A DNA stretch of 64,000 nt from TPA_inf: Saccharomyces (taxonomy: Eukaryota): NCBI GenBank assembly GCA_000146045.2, contig BK006940.2:96001-160000 (forward strand). The letters are read 5' to 3'. This document shows, piece by piece, positions 34,982-47,517 of the stretch. Below the pieces are notes generated by a model. That model did no database searches, was not told where the DNA came from, and saw nothing but the letters and a program-made list of their open reading frames with translations. Position 1 is the stretch's first letter, and each line of letters opens with the position of its first letter. The translations under genes and the position numbers were made by a program.

Positions 34982-35809
34982 AGAAAAGAAGATTTTTGCT
35001 TCTTTGAGAATTAATCGTGAACTGGAATTAGAGCTATAAATCGCTTGATTCTTTTTTCCCTTTTTCTCAATATTCGCAGGTTATTTTTCCTTTATATATA
35101 TACATTGTTTGTATCTTTTTTTGATTACCATACTTACTATTTTTATATTAGTCATATTAGATGTCACTTTTATATTATCTAAACAATTCAAACTTCTCAC
35201 ACTAACTTTTTCAGCATACTTCTACTGTTGTTCTCTGCTCTGGAAGGTATTTTCATCAGGCGATTGGTAAAAAATCAAGAAAGAATCTAAAAAATAGTGC
35301 AACAGGAAAACGAGGTTCCCAGTTTCCCTGGGAATTCTTATCCAAGTATATATTTTACTTTTAAGATTCAGCACTTTTATTTCGTTCTAATGTTTTTACC
35401 GGTAGTAAAGTTTTGCTTCTTGAATCCACTATTCAACTACTTGCGCTTATGTAAGGTTCCTGTATGGTTGCATAATCACTCAATTCGAAAAAAAAACCCA
35501 CGTGCTGCTTGGAAATGAATCCGCACTGCGGTATAGCACTTCCAGAAAGATACTGACTGCGAAATTCGCTTTATGGAGTGTTTAAGCAATTGGTATCTTA
35601 CCCATTAAGAGTCATTTCTTTCTTCTTGCCAACTTTTTTCCATCCTATTATGACCTCAAAAAAGGCAGGCTCTCTTCGTCTTATCTTTTCTATCGGAAGC
35701 GAATTACTGGGAAAGAGGCATAGGTATAAACAGATAAAATAGACGAAAAGAGTTTAGAAAAAAAAGTAGAAAGAACGACTACACCTCAACATAACGACAC
35801 TTTTTTGAC

Positions 35810-38296
35810 ATGCTGTTTGGAGTGAAGTTGGCTAATGAGGTTTATCCTCCTTGGAAGGGTTCTTATATTAATTATGAGGGCTTGAAAAAATTCCTGAAGG
35901 AAGATAGCGTGAAGGATGGAAGTAACGATAAGAAAGCACGCTGGGACGATTCAGATGAATCCAAGTTTGTGGAAGAGTTGGATAAGGAACTTGAAAAAGT
36001 CTATGGTTTTCAACTAAAAAAGTACAATAACTTGATGGAGAGATTGTCCCATCTGGAGAAACAAACAGATACGGAAGCAGCCATAAAGGCCTTGGACGCT
36101 GATGCATTCCAACGTGTATTGGAGGAACTGTTAAGCGAGTCTACCGAATTAGACAATTTTAAGAGATTGAACTTTACTGGGTTTGCTAAGATTGTTAAGA
36201 AACATGACAAGCTATATCCAAAGTATCCATCTGTTAAATCTTTGTTGGAAGTTAGATTAAAGGAATTGCCTTCCCATTCGGAAGAATATTCCCCATTGTT
36301 GTATCGTATTTCATTTTTGTACAACATTTTGAGAAGTAATTTTAACACTGCATCTGAACCCTTAGCCAGCGCTTCTAAGTTTTCTAGCATTGTCAGCAAT
36401 GACATAGACATGAATTTCAGAAGCTTTAAATTTTGGGTTCATAATGACAACTTAATGGAGGTCAAAACAAGAATCTTGAGACATCTTCCCGTGTTGGTCT
36501 ACGCCAATGTTCCCTCCGAAAACGATGACCTGGTCAATAGATTCGAATCAGATATATCAAATAATGATGAAATTGTGGGTAGTTCGAGCTCCACTAGTAG
36601 CGTAGAACATGGCTTGGGAGCGCGCTCCTTCGATCCATTAATCAACACGCTATATTTTGACAATGAGCATTTTGAATTATATAACGACAAGTTATTAAAG
36701 TTAAATTCAGCACCTACTTTAAGATTAAGGTGGACTGGCCAGTTATCTGATAAGCCGGATATTTTCTTGGAAAAGAAAACTCTTATTGAAGACGAAGCCA
36801 CTGGGAAGTCTGAATTTGATCTAACTAAATTGCAATTGAAACAAAAATTCATTAACGGGTTTATTTTCGAAGGTGATAAGAAATTTAAAGAACAAACTTT
36901 GAAAAAGTTAAAAGAAAGTGGTACGGCAGGGAGAGACCTGGAAAGGTTAGAAGAAGATTTCTCTGAGATTCAAAACTTTATTATCAAGAATGAATTGCAA
37001 CCAGTTTTTAGAACTGTTTACACCAGAACTGCTTTCCAGATTCCCGGCGATGACAAGATAAGAGTAACCATTGACTCTAATATTGTATTCATCAAGGAGG
37101 ATTCATTCGACAGAGAGCGTCCAATTAGAGACCCTAATACCTGGCATAGAACTGATATTGATGCCAATGTTGCAAATCCCTTGAAATTCCTGAGAGGAGG
37201 CGAGTATGCTAAGTTTCCTTATTCAGTAATGGAAATTAAAGTGAAAAGTTCATTAGATTCTTCGATGTCTGCCAGTTCTATGATTTCTAATGTAAAACTG
37301 CCTAAAAAGCATGGTCAATGGCTGAACGATTTGACAAATTCTCATTTGGTCAAAGAAATTCCAAAGTTTTCTATCTTTGTGCAAGGTGTGGCATCATTGT
37401 ATGGAGATGATGAAAAATTAGATATCTTACCATTTTGGTTACCAGATTTGGAAACAGATATTAGACAGGATCCTAAGCAAGCATATGAGGAGGAAAAGAA
37501 AAAACTGTTGAAACAAAAAGAGATACAAAAGAAAATTGATGGAATGAGAAGGCTTTCCAACTTAAAAGAGCCTCAACATCAAGCAGCAGTACCGGTATCT
37601 CAAGAGGAAAATGAGCGTATTACCTCTCAAGGTGATTTGGAGGCAGACGGTTCATCCGATGAGGAAACTGAGCAAGAACCTCATTCGAAAAGATCAAAGA
37701 AAGTTCGGAGAAGAAAACCCAAGGCCACTTTCTTGAGAATTTTGGCCGGTAGAGATCCAAAGTTAATGGGGGTGGATTCTGAAGAAGAAGAAATTGAATT
37801 GCCACCTGGTGTGAAAAAACCATTAAATTTGTTAAAAAATGCTGGTCCTGTAAACGTGGAGGCAAAGGTTTGGCTTGCCAACGAACGTACATTTAACAGA
37901 TGGTTAAGTGTCACCAGTTTATTGAGTGTTTTGACGTTCTCAATTTATAATTCTGTGAAGAAAGCCGAATACCCCACTTTGGCTAACTACATGGCATACG
38001 TATATTTTGGTCTAACGATATTCTGTGCTTTATGGTCCTATTCCATTTATATGAAAAGAGTTGATATTATTCAACAAAGAAGCGGTCAACATCTAGATGC
38101 ACCACTTGGTCCAGTTTTGGTTTCTATAGTTTTATTTGTCACTTTAGTGGTTAATTTTGTTATGGCGTTTAGAAATGCAGCAAAGTCTCGTCAAGAGTTG
38201 CAAATACAGAATTTAGAAGTTCCTGAAAGAATACCAGAAGTATTAAGGCCACTTCAAAATTATCTATTCAAGTTAATGGGGCCAAGCAGTGATTAG
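35810..38296 (+). CDS. VTC2: Subunit of the vacuolar transporter chaperone (polyphosphate polymerase) complex. N-terminal SPX domain, central domain, and three C-terminal TM helices. 828 aa.
   Basis: SPX N-terminus MLFGVKLANEVYPPWKGSYINYEGLKKFLKE... and the C-terminal TM cluster WLSVTSLLSVLTFSIY..., with the VTC-family architecture. Confidence 0.9.
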   Translation: MLFGVKLANEVYPPWKGSYINYEGLKKFLKEDSVKDGSNDKKARWDDSDESKFVEELDKELEKVYGFQLKKYNNLMERLSHLEKQTDTEAAIKALDADAFQRVLEELLSESTELDNFKRLNFTGFAKIVKKHDKLYPKYPSVKSLLEVRLKELPSHSEEYSPLLYRISFLYNILRSNFNTASEPLASASKFSSIVSNDIDMNFRSFKFWVHNDNLMEVKTRILRHLPVLVYANVPSENDDLVNRFESDISNNDEIVGSSSSTSSVEHGLGARSFDPLINTLYFDNEHFELYNDKLLKLNSAPTLRLRWTGQLSDKPDIFLEKKTLIEDEATGKSEFDLTKLQLKQKFINGFIFEGDKKFKEQTLKKLKESGTAGRDLERLEEDFSEIQNFIIKNELQPVFRTVYTRTAFQIPGDDKIRVTIDSNIVFIKEDSFDRERPIRDPNTWHRTDIDANVANPLKFLRGGEYAKFPYSVMEIKVKSSLDSSMSASSMISNVKLPKKHGQWLNDLTNSHLVKEIPKFSIFVQGVASLYGDDEKLDILPFWLPDLETDIRQDPKQAYEEEKKKLLKQKEIQKKIDGMRRLSNLKEPQHQAAVPVSQEENERITSQGDLEADGSSDEETEQEPHSKRSKKVRRRKPKATFLRILAGRDPKLMGVDSEEEEIELPPGVKKPLNLLKNAGPVNVEAKVWLANERTFNRWLSVTSLLSVLTFSIYNSVKKAEYPTLANYMAYVYFGLTIFCALWSYSIYMKRVDIIQQRSGQHLDAPLGPVLVSIVLFVTLVVNFVMAFRNAAKSRQELQIQNLEVPERIPEVLRPLQNYLFKLMGPSSD

Positions 38297-38520
38297 AATA
38301 TGTACTCTATCTACTGAGACCATGTGTTTTTATGTTTGTAATGTGTAGCAAAAAATTATCATCTGCTAACAATTGCTTACTTTTAGAAATCACATTTAAG
38401 GGGAAGTTTTAAATCATTCATAAATATCAATGCATTTACATAAACATCATTTTCTCCGGTTTTTGATAACTCTGTACAGAAATAATGGATTATAGTTTTA
38501 AGCTAAGCGGAAAAGCCAAA

Positions 38521-41157
38521 TTATTCTTCAAAATTTTCGATGAAGTCGGAGTTTATTTCTTTTAATTTCCCTAAAGTCAAGGGCTCTTTTTCATTTCCTG
38601 CACATTCTTTCAATATCGCTACAAGATTGTGTATTCTCTTCATTTGGTTTATGGTCTTTTGATCAACAACGCCATTTGAATCTTCGTTTTCAGTCCTTGC
38701 TTTTGCAATTTTCAAAAGCGAATGGATATTGTACGCTTCTGCAATAATATCCGGGTTGAATATTTTTTTTACCACCCTTATTCCACTATTCTCTATTGCG
38801 ACAGATTTCTGGGTCAACTGATAATTCATTTTGACAGAATTGTCATTGAGAAGGACTGCATCCATATGAAGATGGGAAACTGCTGGCTTCTTAGACATTA
38901 TTTTAGGAATGTCCTGGAAGTGTGTAGAAAGAAATACCGTTGCCTCCGTTCGAAGTAAATGTTCAGTTACTGCCAAAGACACACAAAACCCATCAGCGAT
39001 GCTTGAACCACGACCAAGTTCATCTAAAATTAACAGTGTTTCTGTATTTATGTCATCTAAAAAGTAAGCCATTTCTTTCATTTCAAAACCAAAATTTGAT
39101 GAGGTTAATTCCATACTGTCATTGCAGACTCTTGCATGTAGACGTTTAAAGACAGGAAAAGACCCATAAAGTGCCGGTATACCTGATCCCATTTGGGCCA
39201 TTATGCAAATAAGGGCAACTTGTTTTAAATAAACAGATTTTCCACTCATGTTGCATCCGGTTATGATTTGTAAGCTGGAGCTATGTTTTGTACTTGATAT
39301 GGTGTTAGGGACAAAATTTTTTAGTACCTTTTCAAGTAGTGGGTGTCTTGAATCTCGAATTAGTAGATTGTTTGTAAAAATCGGTATTGTGTAATTATTT
39401 TCTTTCAAATTATATGTGAATGAACAAACCAAATCCAGGATAGCCACTGCTTCTGCAATCATAAATAGTTCAGAAATATGGGTTGCAATTTTATCGAGCA
39501 GTTCATCAACTGTCTCTTCACTTAAAAGTAAAATCTCTTCCATAACTTCCTTCAACCTCGCATTTTTTTTTATTATATTTAGGGTTGTACATTCAATATA
39601 ATTTTTTTTTATTGTTCTTGAAATGAATACGTCTGGAAGTGTAGCGACGTCATCGGTAAATTCCTGTCTTTTTATTCTGAGATAAAAGCCTCGTGCAGAA
39701 TCGTAATTATGATCTAAATTGATTTTGTTTTTAGCGGTAAGATCTTCTACCTCACGAAAAAATTCCTCTTTTACCTCTTTGTAGATTTGTCTAGAAACAT
39801 CCAAAAGCCCATTGGAATCACTTTTCACAGCATATGAACGTTGGTTAAGTAGTTGTATAGCTGAGGATGCCCAGACACAGTCTTCATTTATACAACTATT
39901 AATTAATTTTTCAATTTCCATAATTGCGTCATTATTGAATATTTTTTTGGTCTCGCTAATTAAACGGCTTTGAATTAACTGATCATTAAGTGCGTCTTTC
40001 AATGACTTCACGCTTTGTAAAGTTTCCTTTAGCAACAAAACGTAATTAATTCTTTGGTCAGGTTTTATTGCAGAATGATTAATGCATAATAACCTTGAAA
40101 ATAACTTATCTAGATCAGGCAATGATTTCATTTCTAGCCTTAATTTTTGTAGAAGGTCATCATTGGCTTTCAATTCTTCTAGGGCCTCTAGTCTCATTTC
40201 GATACTGCCCCTATCAGTTAATGGCTGCAGTATACTGTTCCGAAGTGATCTTTGTCCCATTTTAGTGGACGTGGTATCCAAGAACTTCCATAGTGATATG
40301 CCATTCTTATCCAATTTATTTTCTACAAGTTCTAAACCTCTGACGGTTTTAGAATCAATCAGCATTGTATTTTCTGTTCCTTCAAACTGTATACGTAGTT
40401 TTCGAAACGCATTCAAATTTCGGCTGCTTTTGGATATAATCTCTTCCATGTAGCTTATCGCAGCAGATGCAGCACAAAGAGCAAACGTTTTATCTATAAT
40501 CTCCTCGATTTTCAAGTCCTTTTTTGTATCATCCATTAAATACTTTGTAATCGCCGCCAGTCCATCTTGGCTATTGAAGCACTTTCGTGAACCCTCTTCA
40601 ATTTTAACTGTCTCGGCCACATTAAATTTTATCATTGTCGCTAATTTTGATACTGTTGGAGCTAGAGAACTGCTTGGAATCAGTATTTCCGTAGGTTGGT
40701 AAATTTGGAGTTTATGAACTACACGAATGTAAATTTGTGAATCCATGAAATCTGAAAGATACATCTGTCCCGTGTTACAGTTGATAATACATAACCCAAT
40801 CCGCGTACTTATGTCTCTTGGCACTTCGTATATGCAACAAAGAACACAGTCAATACTAGGACCGAGGAGTGAAGCGTTGGTGCTGTATCGACTTAAGGAG
40901 GTTGCGGTCCTAGAGGCCATTGATCCAGTCATTAAGTAATGGCTATGTGTTGAATCTTTTTCATTGTTTTCCCATGTTGTCTCTGCTATTTGTAGCGTTT
41001 TCTTTTTGAGAGCCCAACTACTTATGTTAGTTGGCGATTTTTGGTTCCTGATACTCTTTTTCGTACTTGGCTTCGAAATAGAGTTTGAAGAATTAGCCGC
41101 CGACCTTAAATTGAAATAATTTGTACTGATAAAACTAGATAGATTAGATTCACTCAT
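38521..41157 (-). CDS. MSH4: Meiosis-specific MutS homologue involved in crossover formation, 878 aa from the ATG at 41157. The ORF track's 890-aa version starts at an upstream TTG.
   Basis: MutS domains with Walker A GCNMSGKSVYLKQ, the motif ...TLLILDELGRGSS (ST-x-DG-x-A family), and a helix-turn-helix. Plus-strand 41191-41193 is caa, i.e. a TTG, whereas 41155-41157 is cat, i.e. an ATG. Confidence 0.93.
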   Translation of the reverse strand: MSESNLSSFISTNYFNLRSAANSSNSISKPSTKKSIRNQKSPTNISSWALKKKTLQIAETTWENNEKDSTHSHYLMTGSMASRTATSLSRYSTNASLLGPSIDCVLCCIYEVPRDISTRIGLCIINCNTGQMYLSDFMDSQIYIRVVHKLQIYQPTEILIPSSSLAPTVSKLATMIKFNVAETVKIEEGSRKCFNSQDGLAAITKYLMDDTKKDLKIEEIIDKTFALCAASAAISYMEEIISKSSRNLNAFRKLRIQFEGTENTMLIDSKTVRGLELVENKLDKNGISLWKFLDTTSTKMGQRSLRNSILQPLTDRGSIEMRLEALEELKANDDLLQKLRLEMKSLPDLDKLFSRLLCINHSAIKPDQRINYVLLLKETLQSVKSLKDALNDQLIQSRLISETKKIFNNDAIMEIEKLINSCINEDCVWASSAIQLLNQRSYAVKSDSNGLLDVSRQIYKEVKEEFFREVEDLTAKNKINLDHNYDSARGFYLRIKRQEFTDDVATLPDVFISRTIKKNYIECTTLNIIKKNARLKEVMEEILLLSEETVDELLDKIATHISELFMIAEAVAILDLVCSFTYNLKENNYTIPIFTNNLLIRDSRHPLLEKVLKNFVPNTISSTKHSSSLQIITGCNMSGKSVYLKQVALICIMAQMGSGIPALYGSFPVFKRLHARVCNDSMELTSSNFGFEMKEMAYFLDDINTETLLILDELGRGSSIADGFCVSLAVTEHLLRTEATVFLSTHFQDIPKIMSKKPAVSHLHMDAVLLNDNSVKMNYQLTQKSVAIENSGIRVVKKIFNPDIIAEAYNIHSLLKIAKARTENEDSNGVVDQKTINQMKRIHNLVAILKECAGNEKEPLTLGKLKEINSDFIENFEE
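40037..40047 (-). promoter_or_regulatory. 10/11 ACS match (AATTACGTTTT on the minus strand) inside the MSH4 ORF. It is a candidate core of ARS605, the origin known to lie within MSH4.
   Basis: Plus strand aaaacgtaatt. The position, roughly the centre of MSH4, agrees with my recollection that ARS605 is intragenic. I cannot verify the exact ACS. Confidence 0.25.
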
Positions 41158-41485
41158 TGCATATAGTTTGCGTTGATCAGCTACAGATTTCAATGCTATA
41201 ACTAGTTATTTTTATATGTTTCACTTTAAGTAAAATCCAACTGCTCTTTTGCTATTCTTCGTTGATGCCTTATATGTATGAAAGCTGTACGTTCGGGATT
41301 TGAAAAGGAAATGAAGACGCGAATTAAAAAAAAATAATAAACTGGTTCATAGCAGAAAAGAGGAGACTAAATAAGATTTTGCTCTCATACAGATGCAACA
41401 CATAAAAACTTTAATCGATTTCAGTATGGAAAAAGATATGATACAATAAAATCTAAATCTTAGAAACTGATTTTGAATAAAAAAA

Positions 41486-41559
41486 CGACCCCAGTGAGGG
41501 TTGAACTCACGATCTTGCGATTAACAGTCGCACGCCTTAACCAACTTGGCCATGGAGTC
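41486..41559 (-). tRNA. tN(GUU)F: tRNA-Asn (anticodon GUU), 74 nt, no intron.
   Basis: The reverse complement is gactccatggccaagttggttaaggcgtgcgactGTTaatcgcaagatcgtgagttcaaccctcactggggtcg, with B-box gagttcaaccc. Confidence 0.93.
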
Positions 41560-42203
41560 AGTCACTTTTGAGTTCTGCAACTCTTAAAACGGAATAGACT
41601 ACGTAAAACAATGTCATCCCATACCAAAACAATCCTGATTTCTCAAAGGCATCGCAAACCTCTGGAATAAAAATCCACTATCATCTATCAACTAATAGTT
41701 ATTCAATATATTATCATATACAGTGTTAGATGATGACATAAGTTATGAGAAGCTGTCATCGAAGTTAGAAGAAGCTGAAATGCAAGGATTGATAATGTAA
41801 TAGGATAATGAAACATATAAAACGGAATAGTCTAACATTAGTATGTAGAAATATGGATTCCATTTTGAGAATTCCTAAATCCTCGAGGAGAACTTCTAGC
41901 ATATTCTGTATATGTTGGAATAAAAATCAACTATCATCTACTAACTAGTATTTACGTTACTAGTATATTATCATATACGGTGTTAGAAGATGACGCAAAT
42001 GATGAGAAATAGTCATCTAAATTAGTGGAAGCTGAAACGCAAGGATTGATAATGTAATAGGATCAATGAATATTAACATATAAAATGATGATAATAATAT
42101 TTATAGAATTGTGTAGAATTGCAGATTCCCTTTTATGGATTCCTAAATCCTCGAGGAGAACTTCTAGTATATCTACATACCTAATATTATTGCCTTATCA
42201 AAA

Positions 42204-43520
42204 ATGGAATCCCAACAATTACATCAAAATCCACATTCTCTACATGGTAGCGCCTATGCTTCGGTTACTTCTAAGGAAGTCCCATCAAATCAAGATCCGT
42301 TAGCCGTTTCAGCTTCCAATTTACCGGAATTTGATAGAGATTCCACTAAGGTTAATTCTCAACAAGAGACAACACCTGGGACATCAGCTGTTCCAGAGAA
42401 CCATCATCATGTCTCTCCTCAACCTGCTTCAGTACCACCTCCACAGAATGGACAGTACCAACAGCACGGCATGATGACCCCAAACAAAGCTATGGCCTCT
42501 AACTGGGCACATTACCAACAACCGTCTATGATGACGTGTTCACATTATCAAACGTCACCTGCGTATTATCAACCGGACCCACACTATCCGTTGCCACAGT
42601 ATATCCCACCACTGAGTACTTCCTCACCTGATCCAATCGATTCACAGAATCAACACTCTGAAGTACCTCAAGCTGAGACAAAGGTGAGAAATAACGTCTT
42701 ACCACCACACACTTTAACATCAGAAGAAAACTTTTCTACATGGGTTAAATTTTACATCAGATTTTTGAAGAACTCTAATCTCGGTGACATCATTCCAAAT
42801 GACCAGGGTGAAATCAAAAGTCAAATGACTTATGAAGAACATGCGTATATATACAATACCTTCCAAGCATTTGCCCCATTTCATTTATTGCCAACATGGG
42901 TAAAACAAATTTTAGAAATTAATTATGCTGACATCCTTACAGTCCTTTGTAAAAGTGTGTCCAAAATGCAAACTAACAATCAAGAATTAAAGGATTGGAT
43001 AGCTCTTGCCAACCTTGAGTACGACGGAAGTACATCTGCTGATACATTTGAAATTACAGTCAGTACGATCATTCAGAGGCTAAAAGAAAACAATATCAAT
43101 GTTAGCGACAGATTGGCCTGTCAACTAATACTTAAAGGTCTATCCGGTGACTTCAAATACCTACGTAATCAATATCGTACCAAAACGAACATGAAACTTT
43201 CCCAATTATTCGCTGAAATTCAGTTAATATATGACGAAAATAAAATCATGAATCTAAATAAACCGTCCCAATACAAACAACACAGCGAATACAAAAATGT
43301 TTCTCGCACATCTCCAAACACGACTAACACAAAGGTTACAACTCGTAATTATCATAGAACAAATAGTTCAAAACCAAGAGCAGCAAAAGCTCACAATATT
43401 GCTACATCTAGTAAATTCTCAAGGGTGAACAATGATCACATTAATGAATCAACCGTTTCATCACAATACTTAAGCGATGACAACGAACTTAGTCTTAGGC
43501 CAGCAACAGAAAGAATCTAA
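42204..43520 (+). CDS. TYA: Ty2 TYA (Gag) ORF, 438 aa, starting inside the 5' LTR.
   Basis: [36 protein letters not shown]... is a Ty1/2 Gag. Confidence 0.9.
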
Positions 43521-46500
43521 GCCAACACACACAATAGACTCGAATGACGAACTACCTGATCACCTTCTTATTGATTCAGGAGCTTCGCAAACGCTTGTCA
43601 GATCAGCCCATTATTTACACCATGCAACACCCAATTCTGAAATAAACATAGTCGATGCTCAAAAACAAGACATTCCTATAAATGCCATTGGTAATCTTCA
43701 CTTCAACTTTCAGAACGGCACCAAAACATCAATAAAAGCACTACACACACCAAACATAGCCTATGATCTATTAAGTTTGAGTGAGCTGGCTAATCAAAAT
43801 ATTACTGCCTGCTTTACCAGAAACACTTTAGAAAGATCGGATGGTACAGTACTAGCTCCCATAGTCAAACATGGAGACTTTTACTGGTTATCTAAAAAAT
43901 ACCTAATTCCTTCGCACATTTCAAAGCTAACAATAAACAACGTCAACAAAAGCAAAAGCGTAAATAAATATCCATATCCGTTAATACATCGAATGCTTGG
44001 ACATGCTAACTTCCGAAGTATTCAGAAGTCTCTTAAGAAGAATGCAGTTACATATTTGAAGGAATCGGATATTGAATGGTCTAACGCTAGCACATATCAA
44101 TGTCCTGACTGTCTAATCGGCAAAAGCACGAAACATAGACATGTCAAAGGATCACGACTAAAGTACCAAGAATCATATGAGCCTTTTCAGTACTTGCACA
44201 CCGATATATTTGGTCCTGTACATCACTTACCGAAAAGTGCACCTTCTTACTTTATATCGTTTACAGATGAGAAAACCAGATTCCAATGGGTGTACCCATT
44301 ACACGACCGTCGTGAAGAATCTATCCTCAATGTTTTTACATCGATATTAGCATTTATTAAGAACCAATTCAATGCTCGCGTTCTAGTTATCCAGATGGAT
44401 CGTGGCTCCGAGTACACTAACAAAACTCTTCATAAGTTCTTTACGAACAGAGGTATTACTGCATGCTATACAACCACGGCAGATTCTAGAGCACACGGTG
44501 TCGCTGAACGATTAAATCGTACTTTATTAAACGATTGTCGCACACTGCTTCATTGCAGTGGTCTACCAAATCATCTATGGTTCTCAGCAGTCGAATTTTC
44601 TACTATAATCAGAAATTCATTAGTCTCACCAAAAAACGATAAATCTGCAAGACAACATGCAGGTTTAGCTGGACTGGACATTACTACTATACTACCTTTC
44701 GGTCAACCGGTTATAGTTAACAACCATAATCCCGACTCGAAAATACATCCTCGTGGCATTCCAGGTTACGCCTTACATCCGTCACGAAACTCTTATGGCT
44801 ATATTATCTATCTTCCATCATTAAAAAAGACAGTAGATACTACCAATTACGTTATATTACAAGACAAGCAATCCAAATTGGACCAATTCAATTATGATAC
44901 ACTCACCTTTGATGATGATCTCAATCGTTTAACAGCCCATAACCAATCTTTTATTGAACAAAATGAAACGGAGCAGTCATATGATCAAAATACAGAATCT
45001 GATCATGACTATCAATCGGAGATTGAAATAAACTCTGATCCTCTAGTGAACGACTTCTCGTCCCAATCAATAAACCCTTTACAATTAGACAAGGAACCAG
45101 TCCAAAAAGTACGTGCACCAAAAGAAGTTGATGCCGACATATCTGAATACAATATTCTTCCATCTACTATACGATCTCGTACACCCCATATCATTAATAA
45201 AGAGAGTACCGAAATGGGTGGTACCGTTGAATCAGATACTACTTCACCTAGACACTCGTCTACCTTCACTGCACGAAACCAAAACCGACCTGGTAGTACC
45301 AATGAGATGATTGATTTGACCTCACAGGATAGAGTTAATTATGGACTTGAAAACATCAAAACTACACGTTTGGGTGGTACGGAGGAACCATATATTCAAC
45401 GAAATAGTGATACAAATATCAAATACAGGACTACAAATAGTACGCCCTCAATAGATGACCGTTCGTCCAACAGTGAATCCACTACTCCCATCATCTCCAT
45501 AGAAACAAAGGCTGTATGTGATAATACACCCTCCATTGATACGGATCCGCCAGAATATCGATCTTCTGACCATGCGACTCCTAATATAATGCCTGACAAA
45601 TCCTCAAAAAATGTTACGGCTGATTCTATTCTTGACGACCTCCCACTTCCTGACTTAACCCATAAATCTCCTACGGACACTTCTGATGTTTCAAAAGATA
45701 TTCCACACATACACTCTCGTCAGACTAATTCCAGTTTGGGTGGTATGGATGATTCTAATGTTCTGACTACTACCAAAAGTAAGAAAAGATCATTAGAAGA
45801 TAATGAAACTGAAATTGAGGTATCCCGAGACACATGGAATAATAAGAATATGAGAAGTCTGGAACCACCAAGATCGAAGAAACGCATAAATTTAATTGCA
45901 GCAATAAAAGGAGTGAAATCGATCAAACCAGTTCGAACGACCTTAAGATATGATGAAGCAATTACATATAATAAAGACAACAAAGAAAAAGACAGATATG
46001 TTGAAGCTTATCATAAAGAAATTAGCCAACTATTGAAAATGAACACTTGGGATACAAACAAATATTATGATAGAAATGACATAGATCCTAAAAAAGTAAT
46101 AAACTCAATGTTTATATTTAACAAGAAACGTGATGGTACACACAAAGCTAGATTTGTTGCAAGAGGCGACATTCAACACCCCGATACATATGATTCTGAT
46201 ATGCAATCCAATACCGTACATCACTATGCACTGATGACGTCACTGTCAATCGCATTAGACAACGACTATTATATCACACAGCTGGACATATCCTCTGCTT
46301 ACTTATATGCTGATATCAAAGAAGAATTATACATAAGACCTCCACCACATTTAGGTTTGAATGATAAATTACTACGTTTGAGAAAATCACTCTATGGTTT
46401 GAAACAAAGTGGTGCAAACTGGTATGAAACCATTAAATCATATTTAATAAATTGTTGCGACATGCAAGAAGTTCGCGGATGGTCATGCGTATTTAAGAAT

Positions 46501-47517
46501 AGTCAAGTAACAATTTGCTTATTCGTTGATGATATGATATTATTCAGCAAAGACTTAAATGCAAATAAGAAAATCATAACAACACTCAAGAAACAATACG
46601 ATACAAAGATAATAAATCTGGGTGAAAGTGATAACGAAATTCAGTACGACATACTTGGATTAGAGATCAAATATCAAAGAAGCAAGTACATGAAATTAGG
46701 TATGGAAAAATCCTTGACAGAAAAATTACCCAAACTAAACGTACCTTTGAACCCAAAAGGAAAGAAACTTAGAGCTCCAGGTCAACCAGGTCATTATATA
46801 GACCAGGATGAACTAGAAATAGATGAAGATGAATACAAAGAGAAAGTACATGAAATGCAAAAGTTGATTGGTCTAGCTTCATATGTTGGATATAAATTTA
46901 GATTTGACTTACTATACTACATCAACACACTTGCTCAACATATACTATTCCCCTCTAGGCAAGTTTTAGACATGACATATGAGTTAATACAATTCATGTG
47001 GGACACTAGAGATAAACAATTAATATGGCACAAAAACAAACCTACCAAGCCAGATAATAAACTAGTCGCAATAAGCGATGCTTCATATGGTAACCAACCA
47101 TATTACAAGTCACAAATTGGTAACATTTTCCTACTCAACGGAAAAGTGATTGGAGGAAAGTCGACAAAGGCTTCGTTAACATGCACTTCAACTACAGAAG
47201 CAGAAATACACGCAGTCAGTGAAGCTATTCCGCTATTGAATAACCTCAGTCACCTTGTGCAAGAACTTAACAAGAAACCAATTATTAAAGGCTTACTTAC
47301 TGATAGTAGATCAACGATCAGTATAATTAAGTCTACAAATGAAGAGAAATTTAGAAACAGATTTTTTGGCACAAAGGCAATGAGACTTAGAGATGAAGTA
47401 TCAGGTAATAATTTATACGTATACTACATCGAGACCAAGAAGAACATTGCTGATGTGATGACAAAACCTCTTCCGATAAAAACATTTAAACTATTAACTA
47501 ACAAATGGATTCATTAG
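43501..47517 (+). CDS. TYB: Ty2 TYB (Pol) frame, expressed as a TYA-TYB fusion by a +1 ribosomal frameshift at CTTAGGC (43494-43500). Domain order is protease, integrase, reverse transcriptase, RNase H.
   Basis: Protease active site [11 protein letters not shown]. Integrase HHCC zinc finger ([13 protein letters not shown]...CPDC) and DDE core. Reverse-transcriptase motif [10 protein letters not shown]. The heptamer CTT-AGG-C is in frame with TYA: 43494-42204 = 1290, which is 430 codons. Confidence 0.9.
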   Translation, partial: QQQKESKPTHTIDSNDELPDHLLIDSGASQTLVRSAHYLHHATPNSEINIVDAQKQDIPINAIGNLHFNFQNGTKTSIKALHTPNIAYDLLSLSELANQNITACFTRNTLERSDGTVLAPIVKHGDFYWLSKKYLIPSHISKLTINNVNKSKSVNKYPYPLIHRMLGHANFRSIQKSLKKNAVTYLKESDIEWSNASTYQCPDCLIGKSTKHRHVKGSRLKYQESYEPFQYLHTDIFGPVHHLPKSAPSYFISFTDEKTRFQWVYPLHDRREESILNVFTSILAFIKNQFNARVLVIQMDRGSEYTNKTLHKFFTNRGITACYTTTADSRAHGVAERLNRTLLNDCRTLLHCSGLPNHLWFSAVEFSTIIRNSLVSPKNDKSARQHAGLAGLDITTILPFGQPVIVNNHNPDSKIHPRGIPGYALHPSRNSYGYIIYLPSLKKTVDTTNYVILQDKQSKLDQFNYDTLTFDDDLNRLTAHNQSFIEQNETEQSYDQNTESDHDYQSEIEINSDPLVNDFSSQSINPLQLDKEPVQKVRAPKEVDADISEYNILPSTIRSRTPHIINKESTEMGGTVESDTTSPRHSSTFTARNQNRPGSTNEMIDLTSQDRVNYGLENIKTTRLGGTEEPYIQRNSDTNIKYRTTNSTPSIDDRSSNSESTTPIISIETKAVCDNTPSIDTDPPEYRSSDHATPNIMPDKSSKNVTADSILDDLPLPDLTHKSPTDTSDVSKDIPHIHSRQTNSSLGGMDDSNVLTTTKSKKRSLEDNETEIEVSRDTWNNKNMRSLEPPRSKKRINLIAAIKGVKSIKPVRTTLRYDEAITYNKDNKEKDRYVEAYHKEISQLLKMNTWDTNKYYDRNDIDPKKVINSMFIFNKKRDGTHKARFVARGDIQHPDTYDSDMQSNTVHHYALMTSLSIALDNDYYITQLDISSAYLYADIKEELYIRPPPHLGLNDKLLRLRKSLYGLKQSGANWYETIKSYLINCCDMQEVRGWSCVFKNSQVTICLFVDDMILFSKDLNANKKIITTLKKQYDTKIINLGESDNEIQYDILGLEIKYQRSKYMKLGMEKSLTEKLPKLNVPLNPKGKKLRAPGQPGHYIDQDELEIDEDEYKEKVHEMQKLIGLASYVGYKFRFDLLYYINTLAQHILFPSRQVLDMTYELIQFMWDTRDKQLIWHKNKPTKPDNKLVAISDASYGNQPYYKSQIGNIFLLNGKVIGGKSTKASLTCTSTTEAEIHAVSEAIPLLNNLSHLVQELNKKPIIKGLLTDSRSTISIIKSTNEEKFRNRFFGTKAMRLRDEVSGNNLYVYYIETKKNIADVMTKPLPIKTFKLLTNKWIH

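Noticed and set aside
42085-42303. 72-aa and 87-aa ORFs (also at 47712..47975) beginning [28 protein letters not shown].
   Set aside because: They lie within the Ty2 LTR U3/R sequence. The identical ORF appears in both LTR copies, so they are an artefact of the LTR sequence, not genes.
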